A DNA stretch of 64,000 bases from Chara braunii (taxonomy: Eukaryota > Plantae > Charophyceae). A model generated the notes under the pieces. The model had not been told where the DNA came from and searched no databases. It was given only the letters and a program-made list of their open reading frames with translations. Position numbers and translations under genes: made by a program. The stretch is from NCBI GenBank assembly GCA_003427395.1, contig BFEA01000012.1, positions 1,330,641 to 1,394,640 of the forward strand. The letters are read 5' to 3'. Positions 1 through 11,949 of the stretch are shown piece by piece. How positions within the stretch are numbered: the first letter of the stretch is position 1; every line of letters starts with the position of its first letter.

Positions 1-292
1 ACCGTGAACCCAAAACAAACGTGTGCTCAAGGTCCTAGACTGTTGTGCCGGCCGCCAGTGCGGGTTCTTAGTCGTTCCCTACTGCAACGTCGGTCACTAC
101 AGCCTATGATAGTATGCACCCTTCACTCAACAAGGAGGGTGGCAACGCAGTTGACGTTCACCTCTACCCAGGTGGGGATACACGATTTCCCTCCATCCGC
201 TCCTTGCTTAACAATTTCAAGCGCTTTTGAACTCTCTTTCAAAGCTTTTTTCATCCTGCCCTCGCCGTATTTCTTCGTTGTCGGTCCCTCAT
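1..292 (-). pseudogene. Decayed nuclear LSU (25S/28S) rRNA fragment, 5' region running into the D2 expansion segment
   Basis: Reverse complement of ~200-292 reads GGGACCGACAACGAAGAAATACGGCGAGGGCAGGATGAAAAAAGCTTTGAAAGAGAGTTCAAAAGCGCTTGAAATTGT. This matches the conserved eukaryotic LSU block GAGACCGATAGCGAACAAGTACCGYGAGGGAAAGATGAAAAG..TTTGAAAAGAGAGT..AAAG.GCTTGAAATTGT with many substitutions. Similarity ends abruptly near 292. Confidence 0.8.
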
Positions 293-409
293 GATTATCT
301 TTACTCCATCTAGTTCTATCCTGATACTAACTTACGCTCATAATTTTAACAGTACTAATTGGGGTAGGCTCGTCGGTTTCGCCATCAGCCCCGTAGCCGG
401 TTTTGGGTC

Positions 410-555
410 TGGTCAAAAGAAGGGACCCAAAAAAAAAGTTAAAAAAAGTAAAAATAAATCAATAAAAAATAGTAAAACTGGGTTTGGTCAAAAGAAGGGA
501 CCCAAAAAAAAAGTTAAAAAAAGTAAAAATAAATCAATAAAAAATAGTAAAACTG
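410..555. repeat. Perfect 75-bp tandem duplication (A-rich)
   Basis: TGGTCAAAAGAAGGGACCC...AGTAAAACTG occurs at 410 and 485. Confidence 0.95.
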
Positions 556-1325
556 AAGAGGACGGGGACCTACCGGCACCCTCTTGGTCTTGCCTGTTAG
601 ACCCAGGCCCGGGCCCGTCCATGAAAACCAAGGCAGATAGTCTCTCAAGACCCTCGAGCCCTCAGTCTCCGCCGGTCATGCTCCGTCGCTCCATAATTGC
701 TTGTTAGCCTTGATCCCCAAACCAGTCGCTTGAAAGTTCAGTACTGCAACCAATACAACTAAGCCCAAGGCTGAATAAAGTAGGCGCAAACTTTGATATA
801 AGCAGTGTCGACACCGTTACAGGGCTTACCACACAAACCAGGCCTCCACTCTGGCCTGTTGGCCAGACTCTTGCTTGCCAGGTGACATCGTCTGGGCTAA
901 AGTCTGTAACTGTTTCGGACCCTGGTTGTTGGGCACGCCACATACACCGCCAAAAACTCTCGACTCTCCATATGCTAGGGCCGAAAAACTACGCCTTTCA
1001 ACGTGTCGTCAAAATACAATCTTCCCGTACGTGCGGAAGTAAAACCTTTTATCTCGTCCACGATAAGCCCCGCCAGAAGGCCGAGCCGGTCAGCGAAGTA
1101 AGGCGGGACACTGTAAAATAAAAGAAAAATAAAACCAAATAAAAACTACGAGAAGTGGGTAGACGGGCCCTATGGCTTTGATGCCTTCCGCCGGCCTTCT
1201 TCAGGTGTAGCCCGTTGTCGGGCGGCTCCGGCCTTATGCCGCCCTTTACTTCCTTGAAGATAACACCTGGAGGGTATCGGCATTACCAAATTACCAGGAA
1301 GGGTCTGGTCGACATCGAGGGATTG

Positions 1326-4300
1326 TGATATCAGGTTCATGCCAGGGGTGTCAGGTACGACGCGTCAAGGTGAAGACGGATCGCGAAGGATGGGTGAGCA
1401 TTCTTTTATGGACACTACAGAGGATCGTCACGCTCAAGGTATAAAAGCACAACGGTTGTGGAAGAGAACGCCAAAGGCTTTGGGCAAGGCACAAGAGTGA
1501 AGAGGCCAGACTTACAGAAAATGTCGAGCAATGGGCCAATCAAAAGGGGGGCGTAGGGCTCTAAGGCGAACCCTCAGGCGAACTAAGCGGCAGTTGACAT
1601 CAGAGTTCATCATGGGATCATTATAGAGAAGGAAACTCTGCTTGGACGCACGGACCTTGACATTCGGGCCCTGAGTAAAAAGCCAAAAAGGACCTGCGGG
1701 CCTAAGGCTGGGAAAAGGGGCCTCGGGCCGTAGAATTATTAAATCCGGGATCGGGCCCTACACAAATCGGCAAGGCCTTGGTACTTTTCTATGTGGGGAC
1801 CACGAGAGCCTAGGCAAGCTTGGGCCTAGGATCGGAATGAGCCTTGGTACCAGGGTGCTGCAAAAGGCCCTGTACCCGACAAAAAGGCCCCCTTCACTAA
1901 AAAACCGTTTCGGAGGCCCAAAATAGGGCCGGGAGAGCCACGGTACCGGGGCGCTGCAACTTATCGGCAGCGTCGCAGCATGCGAGGGCTGGGGCATACT
2001 TCAAAAAGGGCCCAGCGAAGTATAAAAGTTGAATCGGGGCCAGGATCCGGACACTTCCGACATGCGCACCTACGGGCGCACTAGAGGAGCTCGACACTTC
2101 CCGCATGTGGAGGCGGAGGCACACAGTTGGAACTCAGGAGGCACATGGCAAGAGGTACTCAGGCGCACCAGCAGAGATGCATCCGAGACAAAGAACACTC
2201 GGAGAGGGAGGAGAGCAAGAGCGTTCGAACGCCATAGGTACAAGCGAACAGGTACGTGAGAGCGGAGTTACACACGCACACGCCCGAAATCGCCCATGGA
2301 TCGAAAAAGGCGCGGGGATCGTGCGCGCCCACACGCGCAATCGCGCACGGGTCGAGAAGAGCGTGGGGGATCGCACGCGCCCACTAGCAAGATTGCGCAC
2401 ATATCAAGAAGTGCGTGGGGGATCGCACACGCACACACGCCCAATCTCGCTTGGGTCGGAAAGGGTGCGGAGGATCACGCACGCACACGCACGCAATCTC
2501 GCACCATTGGATCGGGACACGGAGCGGCCGGCGCGTATCAGCACACGTGTGCGCGCGGATCGAGAAGAGCATGGGGAATCACACGCCCACACGAGTGCGA
2601 TCTCGCACGGATCGCGAAGAGCGTGAGGGATCGTGCGCGCACACACACACAATCGCGCACGGGTCAAGAAGAGCGTGGGGGATCGTGCACGAAATCACAC
2701 ACGGATCGGGAAAGGCGCAGCAATTGTGCGTGCAATCACACACGGATCGAGAAGAGTGCAGGGGATCGCGCGCGCACACGTGCGAAATCGGGCATGGATC
2801 GGGAAAGGCGCAGGGATCGTGCGCGCACACGTGCGCAATCGCATACGGATCGAAAAGGGCGTGGAGGATCACGTGTGCACACGCACGCAATCATGCACCA
2901 TCAGATCAGGACACGGAGCGGCCGACGCGTATCAGCACGCGCGTGTGCCTGGATTAAGAAGGGTGCCCACAGCCGCACGACATCGGGGCGAGCGAGCTGG
3001 TGCGTAACTGTGCACAGGCTCCCTTGCACGAAACGTGATCGGGACGTGGGGAGAGACCGCGAGCATCAACGTGCACTGCACGCGTTCGAGATTGGGACGC
3101 GAGAGGGGCTCCGCGCGCAGGTGTGAGCAGTGGCGTGCGCTTGCATACAGGTGAGATCGGGCGTCGGGCACAGCGCATCTGAAAGCGCACCTGAGACGGG
3201 CCTTTCGGGCACAGCGGGACACTAGACTACACCGGCTCTTTGAATGCATGATGGGACTTTTGACGTGACCGGGCCTTTGGGATGGGACCGGGGCTGGGGT
3301 CAGACCAGGGCTCTTTGGCGGGGCCAGGACTTTGAAATGAGACCATGAAATCGGGGCGGGACAGAGACTTCAATTGAGATGTGACTTTTGGTGGGACCAG
3401 GATTCTTGACGGGACCAGGCCTATGTCAGGACCAGAACTTTGAATGGAACAGGCTCTTGCCCGGATCGCGACTTGACCGGTGCGTCGGCCTTCAGACCGA
3501 ACCGAGTCTTTGGGCACAGAGGGTTTTTGGACGTGAGCAGGGCCTTTGGACACAGACAGGGACCTCGGACACGGACAGGGAATTACAGACGGAAACCGGG
3601 ACCTTAGCGGTGCCGAGACTTTGACAGGACTTTGACGAGGCCTATAATTTGATGAGACCAAGACATTTGCGACCAAGACGGGACAATTGAGGTCAGGTTG
3701 GAGATTGGGACCAGGCTGTATTATCTAATCGGACGACTCTCGGGGCCAGGTAGAGACTTTCGAGGGGAATCGGAACATGAGCGAGTCCATGGTGAAACTA
3801 GACCAAGAGTTATGGTCGTAGTGGGCCTGAGAAGCTAGCTCGGACACGGAGAGTTCTAGTGCGATTCCCTGGGATCAGCGTGCTCGTTACCGGCGGCACC
3901 CTATCGGGCGGAGGATCCGACCCAGGCTGTTAGTAAGATCGATCGGGACTCGGACCAATTTTCCTGAATTGGACGCGGGAGCTATTACTGAGGCTAGAAG
4001 TAGCGCAGTGAATCCTATTATTTTGAACTAAATGAAAATAATTTTTTTGTTCCTTCCAGGCGATGGGCTGTGAGAGACTCGAGGTTGTGTCTTAAGTCGA
4101 TTCCAGTCTCTATTTGTGTGGTTATCGACTGACTGTTTTTCTTGCAGGTTACGGGAGCCCCGATCGACCCTCCCGTGGGTGATAGACACGGCCTGAGGTA
4201 CAGGGTCCGGTCGGCGTGCCGGCAGACCACTTCGTCCGGTCGACACCGTATGGGTCATGGGTTCATCTGTCAACTTTTATCCTGGCCCTACGGATCGCGC

Positions 4301-4520
4301 TTCGTGCATGCGACCATTCTTGGCGAAACTTATTTTCTGCTTGCGCCTTTGCGCGAGGTCTTCATTCGTCGGCCTGGTATTGCCGACAACTAACGATCAT
4401 TTTAATGTGTTATGCAATAATGCGTGCTCCACACACTATCTATCTCGATCGTACTTGGCTCAGACTCTCGTTATAGGTGAGGTTGTTGTCGAGGTGACCG
4501 CCCCAACGGGTTCAATATCA
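1326..4520. mobile_element. Putative long LTR or LTR-derived segment
   Basis: Bounded by TGATAT...ATATCA inverted termini. Non-coding, with internal minisatellites and TATA-like motifs. No matching TSD (gattg/tcagt). Confidence 0.35.
2250..3120. repeat. Degenerate CpG-rich minisatellite (GGATCG / CGCACACG subunits, ~40-60 bp units)
   Basis: Recurrent AATCGCGCACGGATCGAGAAGAGCGTGGGGGATCG-like units. The overlapping R/H/T/A-rich ORFs here are by-products of the repeat. Confidence 0.9.
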
Positions 4521-4599
4521 TCAGTGCGCTTTTATGATTAAGGATGCACCTAGTGCGACCTTCAAAAACAACAGCAAACACCCTTGTAAGGGTGTTTGC

Positions 4600-5031
4600 T
4601 ACGACACCGCTTCAGCGATCAATAGTGTCGTCCTAACGACCATCTGGTACAAATTGGCAGTGCGGCCACTAAGTAAACAGCAACACACCAAATTGAAGAG
4701 AGTCCTCACAACATACTTTTGGAAAAACAGTGCCAAGGTTTAAGGTTGCGTCAAAAGCTTAGGGTGAAGCGGGAGGTTCTCACACGGCCTAGGTCCAAAG
4801 GGGGTTTGGGTATCGTGGGCCCTAAAAGAGAGACCAAGGCACTAATTTTCAAAGTCCTGATCCAACTGCTTATAGGAAACGAAATCCCTTTGTAACCACT
4901 AGACTGCTTGCAAATAGTCAATTTTGCTCCGCAAAATTATGTGCCCGGAAAGGTTCACCCTTTCCGACGACAAAGTCCCCAACCAAAGCATCCCCCAAAC
5001 ATGTGGCACTGCACGACAGATAGAGGAAGCC
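4600..5031 (+). mobile_element. Old L1/Tx1-type LINE ORF2 fragment (post-RT region)
   Basis: INSVVLTTIWYKLAV...LTTYFWKN and LTRPRSKGGLGIVGP align with INNVVLASIWYKS...LAAFLWRG and IIQPKSKGGLGIIDP of the other LINEs in the window. Confidence 0.8.
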
Positions 5032-5963
5032 TTTTTTTTTTTTTTCTTATTTTTTTGGAGGGGTGACTATGCTCCAATCTATTCGTGAGGAGCCACTGGT
5101 GCTGGTAACCGGGCCCAACGTACCATTTGAGACATATTTGAGAACTAGTCTTCATTTTCATGGTCACGGGTGCCCCGGGGACGCACGGATCCTTGCACGG
5201 TCGTGCGGGTCCCTTGTACGGCCCCCGTGCAGCCCCAGCGCAGTGTTCATAAAAAAATGCTAACTTTTTCTCTACTTCGTCGTCTTCTTTTTCTCCTCCC
5301 TCGTCGTCTACCTTCGTCTTCCCCTCCTGCCATCTCCTTCATCCCTACCACTCCCTCTTACTCCTCCCGCTCCTGCCTACTTCCCCTCTTGCCATCTCCT
5401 TTGTTCATCCCACAACCTCCTACTTCCACTCCCGCCATCTCCCTCATCGCTCTCACGATCCTCCACCTCTCTCCCGCCACTTCGTTCCTGCTCCTCTGCC
5501 ATCCTCCACCGCCCTCCCGTGACTTCGTTCCTGCTGTTCCGCCATCGTTCACCTTTTTTCCATCGTCTTCTTCCCACCACCCTTCCGCCATATCGAACCT
5601 CCATCCCACCTTCTCCCACATACCTCCCGTCGCCTTCCACGTCCCCTCCCACCATTCCCACCTCCATCCCGCCGTCTCCCACCTACTTCCCGCTACCTCC
5701 CGCTTCCCCTCCCGCCATCTCCCACGTCCCTCGCACCATCCTCTCTGTCCCTCCCGCCACTTTGGTCCTCTTTTTCTGCCATCTTCTTCCTCCCTCCTGC
5801 CGTCCTCCACCTCCCTTCTCCCATCACCATTTCTTTGCATGTGTGGAAAACGCAGATTTGGGCACTTCTCTGCATGCGCAGCAACCACCCATTACCACTG
5901 TTTTTTTTTTTTTTTTAATACCTCGCATGGGTGCACGGCTGTGCCGGGCTGGTCGGGCAGCTC
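5032..5963 (-). mobile_element. Non-coding retroposon with LINE-type 3' module and poly(A), inserted into the old LINE
   Basis: T-tract at 5032-5056. Shared tail motif at 5071-5125. 8-bp direct repeat AGGAAGCC at 5024-5031 and 5964-5971. The body is low complexity and purine-rich on the minus strand. Confidence 0.6.
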
Positions 5964-5971
5964 AGGAAGCC

Positions 5972-6290
5972 AAGTTTGATAACATATACGAAAGAACTTG
6001 AGATACCGGGGTCATTACGTGGCTTCGACTGAGAATAGGATCGTAATTTGTGAGCAATTACGAGCCTCTCTTCGACAACCCGCATATCCTACAGGAATCA
6101 GGCAACCCCTTCACCCTAACATCGAACTCCCCTTGGCTCACCTGGGCCAAGAAGGGTGTTTTCACGGTCGGAGACATGTGGGACCCGATGAGAGGGGAGT
6201 GGGCAACCCCCAGGCAACTGTAACACAAACTCAAACATGTCAAAAACGTGGAAGAAAAGGCTGGCCTGCTGCAAGAGGCCCTCCGGCGCG
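5972..6290 (+). mobile_element. Continuation of the old LINE ORF2 fragment
   Basis: An unlisted frame from ~6059 reads YEPLFDNPHILQESGNPFTLTSNSPWLTWAKKGVFTVGDMWDP, homologous to QPLFDNRWIRDSQG..HSPWKGWVRNGIIRIKDIWD. Confidence 0.8.
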
Positions 6291-6353
6291 CGTTTCAAGA
6301 GCGCAAAACGGGAACGAATCTTCCCTCCCAAGCCGGGAGATTCATAATTCCCG

Positions 6354-6354
<1 letters not shown>

Positions 6355-6446
<92 letters not shown>

Positions 6447-6661
6447 AATGATTAGAAAAGAAGAGGAGGGGAGCGGAAAATAGGAAAGTGATTGATTGTA
6501 GCCAAAAAGGAGGGAGAGCGGCTTGAAAAGCCCCCCCGAGGGGAAGGCTAAATTTCCAGAACACTCCCTTGCGCTATTCCTTTTTTACCCTGCCCGACTT
6601 TCCTCTCCTCTCTCTTTCTTTTCCGTCCCGGCGTCCCCCCTTTTTTTTCGTTCCTTTTTTA

Positions 6662-6748
<87 letters not shown>
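6355..6748. repeat. (CA)n at 6355-6443 and (CT)n at 6665-6748 microsatellites
   Basis: Directly visible. Confidence 0.98.
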
Positions 6749-6755
<7 letters not shown>

Positions 6756-7772
6756 ACTTCTTTTTTCTTCTTCTTTCCTTTTCTTTTTTTGTTCCTTTTG
6801 TCTTTTGAGTTTTTTTTCGATCTGGAAAGAGAAAACGGGCGTGCGCACGAGTATCACCACTGGTGACCCTCGGATCAGGCATAGGATTAGTGAGGATTCG
6901 GGTAGGATCCTAATAAAACATGCTGAACATCTACTCCTTCGATGAGACTCGAAGTTTCTTTCTTTCTTTTTCTCTTTCTTTCTTTCTTCCTTCCTTTTTT
7001 TCACCTTTTCTGAGCACCCCCTCCTCCAGCTCCCAGGGTTACGCCAACGCTTAGCCCGGTTTCAAGGCGGTACCCGAGATGACAAGACTTCTCCACTTGG
7101 ATGAAACGGCAAGCGTGTTCCTCTTGAGGATCACTAAGCACAATGGAAGGGCGGGGTAACACGAAGGGAGAAAGCGGGAAAACGCATTCAAAAAATGTAT
7201 GAGGTCACACTAAGGGCAAAGCGGGGGTAATTTGAACACGAATTCGCCGGTTCAAATGCAGGATAGTATCGACAACTTTTGGCGCCATAAGTTTTTGTAC
7301 ATTACTTTTTTCTTTTTCCTTTTTCTTTTTTCTTTTTTCTTTTTCTTTTTTTTCTTCTTTTTTTTCCTTCTTCTTTTTTTTTTTTTTCTTTTTTCCTTTT
7401 TTTTCATCTCGTCAAAGCCTCTTCTGGGCAGACAACGTATTGCCTATCCAAGGAAGTGTCAGGGCATCAGTGGGTTCGAAGTGTCGACGCAGGCTCAACG
7501 CTGGTATAAAAGGGCAAGGGGCATTGTCAGAACGCATCAAGAGACGAACGGTGACGTCATCGAGTACGGGGACTACGGTGGCTTGTTCGATCAGACAAGC
7601 GGGATTTTTTTTCGTCAGTATGCAGCGGCAGTCGGAAGGAATGGATTTCTTCGTGGATCTTGACCTGCTGGAGGAGCCGGCAAACAGCGATTCGGAAGAA
7701 ATGGTATACTTCCGTCTCTCCCCTATCTGTGTGTAGCTACCTCACCAAGAAGAGTGCAAGGTAACACCAAGC

Positions 7773-8357
7773 ATGGCCAACCAAGAGGAAGGGCAGGAGG
7801 GAACCTCTATCCCCACATGCGTTTTTTTAGCGAACCTTGCGCTACTTTCTTGCTTAGCTCTTCTATGCTTCGTTGCTGTCCTCCAGGCGCCACCAGCCCC
7901 CCACACACACCTTCCCACTCACGCAGTAGCAGAGAGCACTGAGGAGGCTCTTCACGCGCATTCTGTCATATCGTCTTCATGCACGTTTGCTTCCCCGCCA
8001 TCCACGCAATCCCCACCTATGCGCATGCACCCTCCGCAGAACCCTCACTGGCACCAGGAAGAGAGCGAGCGGAGTGCATCCCACCCCACTGGCAACCAGG
8101 CTGCTAACAAAGCTTTCCTAAGCAAAGCGCTTGCCACTTTTAGCATGATAGTCTTCAACTTAGCAATACTACCAAACACCGTAGTTTGTGGCTTGGCGGT
8201 ATGGGCTTGTCAGTCGGAGCAGGTGCTATTGGCGCCAGCTAGGCAAGCAGCAATGATAATCTACCTGACTATCGGCTATGCATCTCTCATTCTAGCGCTG
8301 GCTATAGGCGGGGCGGTCGCAACATATATAAGTTGGCAACAAGTCTTCACGGAGTAA
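7773..8357 (+). CDS. Orphan 194-aa predicted membrane protein (three hydrophobic segments, P/H/S-rich loop)
   Basis: ATG in good context (agcATGG). Hydrophobic stretches VFLANLALLSCLALLCFVAVL, ALATFSMIVFNLAILPNTVVCGLAVW and MIIYLTIGYASLILALAIGGAVATYI. TATAAAAG at 7505. No recognised family. Confidence 0.4.
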   Translation: MANQEEGQEGTSIPTCVFLANLALLSCLALLCFVAVLQAPPAPHTHLPTHAVAESTEEALHAHSVISSSCTFASPPSTQSPPMRMHPPQNPHWHQEESERSASHPTGNQAANKAFLSKALATFSMIVFNLAILPNTVVCGLAVWACQSEQVLLAPARQAAMIIYLTIGYASLILALAIGGAVATYISWQQVFTE

Positions 8358-8546
8358 GGATGGGTCATTATGCGCATGTGCACCCAAATTCTTTCTCCTA
8401 CGCATCCTTGTGCAAGCTTTCACGACTATGTCGCTCCTGCACTTCTTCGCTTCCCTTCTCCTCCTTCTTCTTCTTCTATTTTTCCTTGTTGCTCTTTGTT
8501 TGCTTCATCATTTTCTTTCACTTTTTCGATAACAAAGGAAAAGTTC

Positions 8547-8594
8547 TCCCTCTGATGAAGTCGCATGTGGCAAGCGGCAGAAAGGCCTCAGGGA
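8547..8594 (+). ncRNA. Candidate minimal type I hammerhead ribozyme
   Basis: TCCCT-CTGATGA-a-GTCGC(N9)GCGGC-a-GAAA-GGCC-TC-AGGGA. Core boxes present, 5-bp stems I and II, palindromic mini stem III. Non-canonical A.A at the base of stem II. Confidence 0.45.
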
Positions 8595-10326
8595 ATGTGT
8601 CACTCCCTCTTGCGGATTTGTTGATAAGTCCACCTCGCCTCGAGCGGTATAAAGGCTAAGCAGCACGGTACAGGATCTACTTCTACTTCTTCCTTCTTCC
8701 CCTCCTAGTCTTGTTGACTCTTTGACACTGACACTTTGGGAAGAGTGACTATTACGAGCGGATACTTCTCCGTTCGGGATCGAATGAGTTGGGCAGTAAT
8801 TTTTTTTAAATAAAAAAGGGGGGCGTTATTTTCCTTGGAACAAAGTATCATTGTGTTGACATCATTCGGACTTAGTGAGTCGGCGGGTCTGATATGACTT
8901 TTTTTTCACATTGTTTCTTTGACTGTAAGTGTGGTGAATGAAGAATCATCGTGAGTTGATTGTCGAACCTTCTTGGCGTGAGTTTTTATTTTCGATTCTC
9001 GCACTTCTTGTGGCAATGAATTTGATGTAATCGCAATATTCAGATATGTACTCTGGATACATGTGTATATATATATAGTTTTTTAAAATAACGGTACATA
9101 GTGATTGGAGTTTGGAGCATAGCTGGGAGCAACATGGATGTGTTTTTTTCACTAAATCATTAAAACCACCCCCTTTCCTAAACAGATATATCTTCCTCGA
9201 ATAAGTGAATTAGTAATAAGCACTCTGGATATCGGTGATTGATATTGGTGATTGAAATCTCGTACAGTAATCATGAGGTCTCTCCCGTTAATGCCCCCGC
9301 TTGATTACGCTAAAAGGCTAAACCCTTGAGCTTAAAACGACAAAATACTGAATAGGGAAAGACATGGATGAGTATATACTCACACTTGTTTGTCTGTTGC
9401 CAAAACTATACATGTTCCTGCTACAACTAGCCTACTTACAATACTCATGATGATGCCCCGGTTAAGTAGCCACGCTTACTTGCGCTAAAAAGTTGCCCCC
9501 CTCGATTAAGCAGTTAGATACTTAATAAGGAAAAGCTTGGATGCATTTTTTTCGCTGGTATATATGTTGTCGAAACCTTTGACGAACAGATAAATTCTTC
9601 TCTGTCAAAATTTGAGTGCGTTGTAATCGATAACTACCCCAATGAGTGAGACTAGATAAACATTTATCAGTAGTACCACGCACAAGTGTATTACTATCAC
9701 TCTAAGGATTAGCGAGTCACTCCCCGAAATATTAAAAGATGGGATTCCTGCTTGCACCATGTATTATTTTTGAACAAGCATGCAAATTCCCCAGTTGTAC
9801 GATTTCCAAATGATCATCACTATGACCTTCAATTTGGGCCTCTTAATCGTCTAAACTTACGAAAGAAGAAGCAACCCATTGAGCCTTACGTTTTTATCAC
9901 AAGAATAGCTCGCTCATCAATACCAATGAGCAACGATCACTCGGGAAGAATTTTGAAGATAAACGGACTATCATCTACGGTACCCTTCCGAAAAAGAGTA
10001 GAGTGGAGATTCCGATCAATAAAGATGCATGTGTATGAATGTATGCGTACAATATCCCTCTCTTCCAGCAGTAATGGTTCCAGAATTATCACAGGACACG
10101 AATTAGGGAGCGCATACGTGCCAGTCGGAGCCGCGACATGAAGCGGCAACTTGACCCATAATTCGTGAAATGCGCAAAACCATGAGTAGATGCCTGTCTC
10201 CCACGTCTAAAACCAATGTCATACTTGGGATGATACCCAAGCTAAAGGATGTGCCGATAAAATACGTCGGAGAATTTGGCCAGGCATGGGGTAACCTGCC
10301 TTGGCGTGCGAAAGATGCACCCACCC

Positions 10327-10330
<4 letters not shown>

Positions 10331-10417
<87 letters not shown>

Positions 10418-10932
10418 NNNNNNNNNNNNNNNNNNNNNNNNNNNNNNNNNNNNNNNNNNNNNNNNNNNNNNNNNNNNNNNNNNNNNNNNNNNNNNNNNNN
10501 NNNNNNNNNNNNNNNNNNNNNNNNNNNNNNNNNNNNNNNNNNNNNNNNNNNNNNNNNNNNNNNNNNNNNNNNNNNNNNNNNNNNNNNNNNNNNNNNNNNN
10601 NNNNNNNNNNNNNNNNNNNNNNNNNNNNNNNNNNNNNNNNNNNNNNNNNNNNNNNNNNNNNNNNNNNNNNNNNNNNNNNNNNNNNNNNNNNNNNNNNNNN
10701 NNNNNNNNNNNNNNNNNNNNNNNNNNNNNNNNNNNNNNNNNNNNNNNNNNNNNNNNNNNNNNNNNNNNNNNNNNNNNNNNNNNNNNNNNNNNNNNNNNNN
10801 NNNNNNNNNNNNNNNNNNNNNNNNNNNNNNNNNNNNNNNNNNNNNNNNNNNNNNNNNNNNNNNNNNNNNNNNNNNNNNNNNNNNNNNNNNNNNNNNNNNN
10901 NNNNNNNNNNNNNNNNNNNNNNNNNNNNNNNN

Positions 10933-10970
<38 letters not shown>
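10331..10970. repeat. (CA)n - assembly gap - (TC)n
   Basis: Microsatellites flank the N-run at 10418-10931. Confidence 0.95.
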
Positions 10971-10973
<3 letters not shown>

Positions 10974-11769
10974 CCGCATATCCACCAAACCGGATCCATT
11001 TTCTTTCTTTGTTTTTCTGTTTTTTATTGCGTTTTTTTATTTCTTTTCCTTGTAGCGGAAGGTTCATCACTCAGAAGCTGGCGCCCGGCCTTGTGGCGAC
11101 GACCAGGCCTTCCCTTGGTCGATCCCACTTGGAGATCGGGTCCCTGTAGGGTCGGTCCGAACAGGGGAAGATTGGGTCCCTGTAGGCAGATAAGCCAAGG
11201 GAAGACCGCACTTGCAGCCTTACCTGCAAGCACTGGTGGTTTAACAGGCGGAATTTTGTAGGTGTAGATCGGGTCTCTGTGGGTGTTGTGAAAAGCGAAG
11301 CTGGGTAAGGCTCCCAGTCCAGTCTTTATGTGGGGAGGCCGGTCCCTTTTTCTTATAAAAAAAAAAAAAAAAGGCCAAGGACCAGACCCGTGGTGATTGC
11401 TGGCAGCGGAAGCCAATGGTTGTCCTGAAAGGATAGGCCACCTACCCTACCCATCCCCACGTTAAACCATCAGTACTTGGCCCATACACCGGCCGTAGGG
11501 CGTTGTCATTAATGCCCCGCAACTTCCAGAGGCCCGGGGTACCCGACCTGAAAGGCAACCGTTTAGATGGGCAGGCTCAGTGGAGTCAAGTCAGATCTTC
11601 TTCTCTAGACTACTGTTGGATGAACAGGAGGCATGACCCCAAACAGCCATCAGTCAGTAGGCTGGAAGGTCCTCAACAATAGGAAGATAAGGTACCCTTG
11701 TATTGCTTGCAAATCTGGGATAAGCAGTGTAGCTATCAAGAAGGGTCATCTCTGTAAGACTTCTTAGAG

Positions 11770-11949
11770 GCAGAGGACGCTGGACCTGCTCTCCAGGAAG
11801 AGACAGGACACTGGACCTGGTTTCCAGCTGGTGATATGAGGACGCTGAACCTGTTTTTCAGCAGCATTCCGGGGTTGAATTGTGAGGTCCACGGGGTCAA
11901 CCCAATTTAATATGTTTCTGCTAAAAGAAAAAGAAAAAAAGAAAAAAAA
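11770..11949 (+). mobile_element. Isolated LINE-type 3' end (three partial GGACGCTGGACC..TCCAG hairpin copies, terminal module, A-rich tail)
   Basis: Same motifs as the 3' end of the LINE at 14855-14930. A-rich tail at 11923-11949. The 5' limit is undefined. Confidence 0.6.

Noticed and set aside
595-1325. TGTTA...TAACA-bounded segment followed by TGGAGGG as possible LTR plus PBS
   Set aside because: Two alternative starts, no TSD, no second LTR, and weak tRNA complementarity.
2029-3249. Many overlapping 80-280 aa ORFs on both strands
   Set aside because: Stop-poor minisatellite with no protein-like signal.
5170-6001. P/S/H-rich and G/E/W-rich ORFs (likewise 40286-41014)
   Set aside because: Translations of CT-rich low-complexity DNA.
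9700-10330. Protein-like reading frames on both strands, preceded by a weak ~173-bp degenerate duplication at 9280-9560
   Set aside because: Interrupted frames and no recognisable motif, so no call can be supported.
10103-11261. Long ORFs containing X runs (also 18590-18953, 19841-21149, 38381-39894)
   Set aside because: Artefacts of N-gaps and flanking microsatellites.
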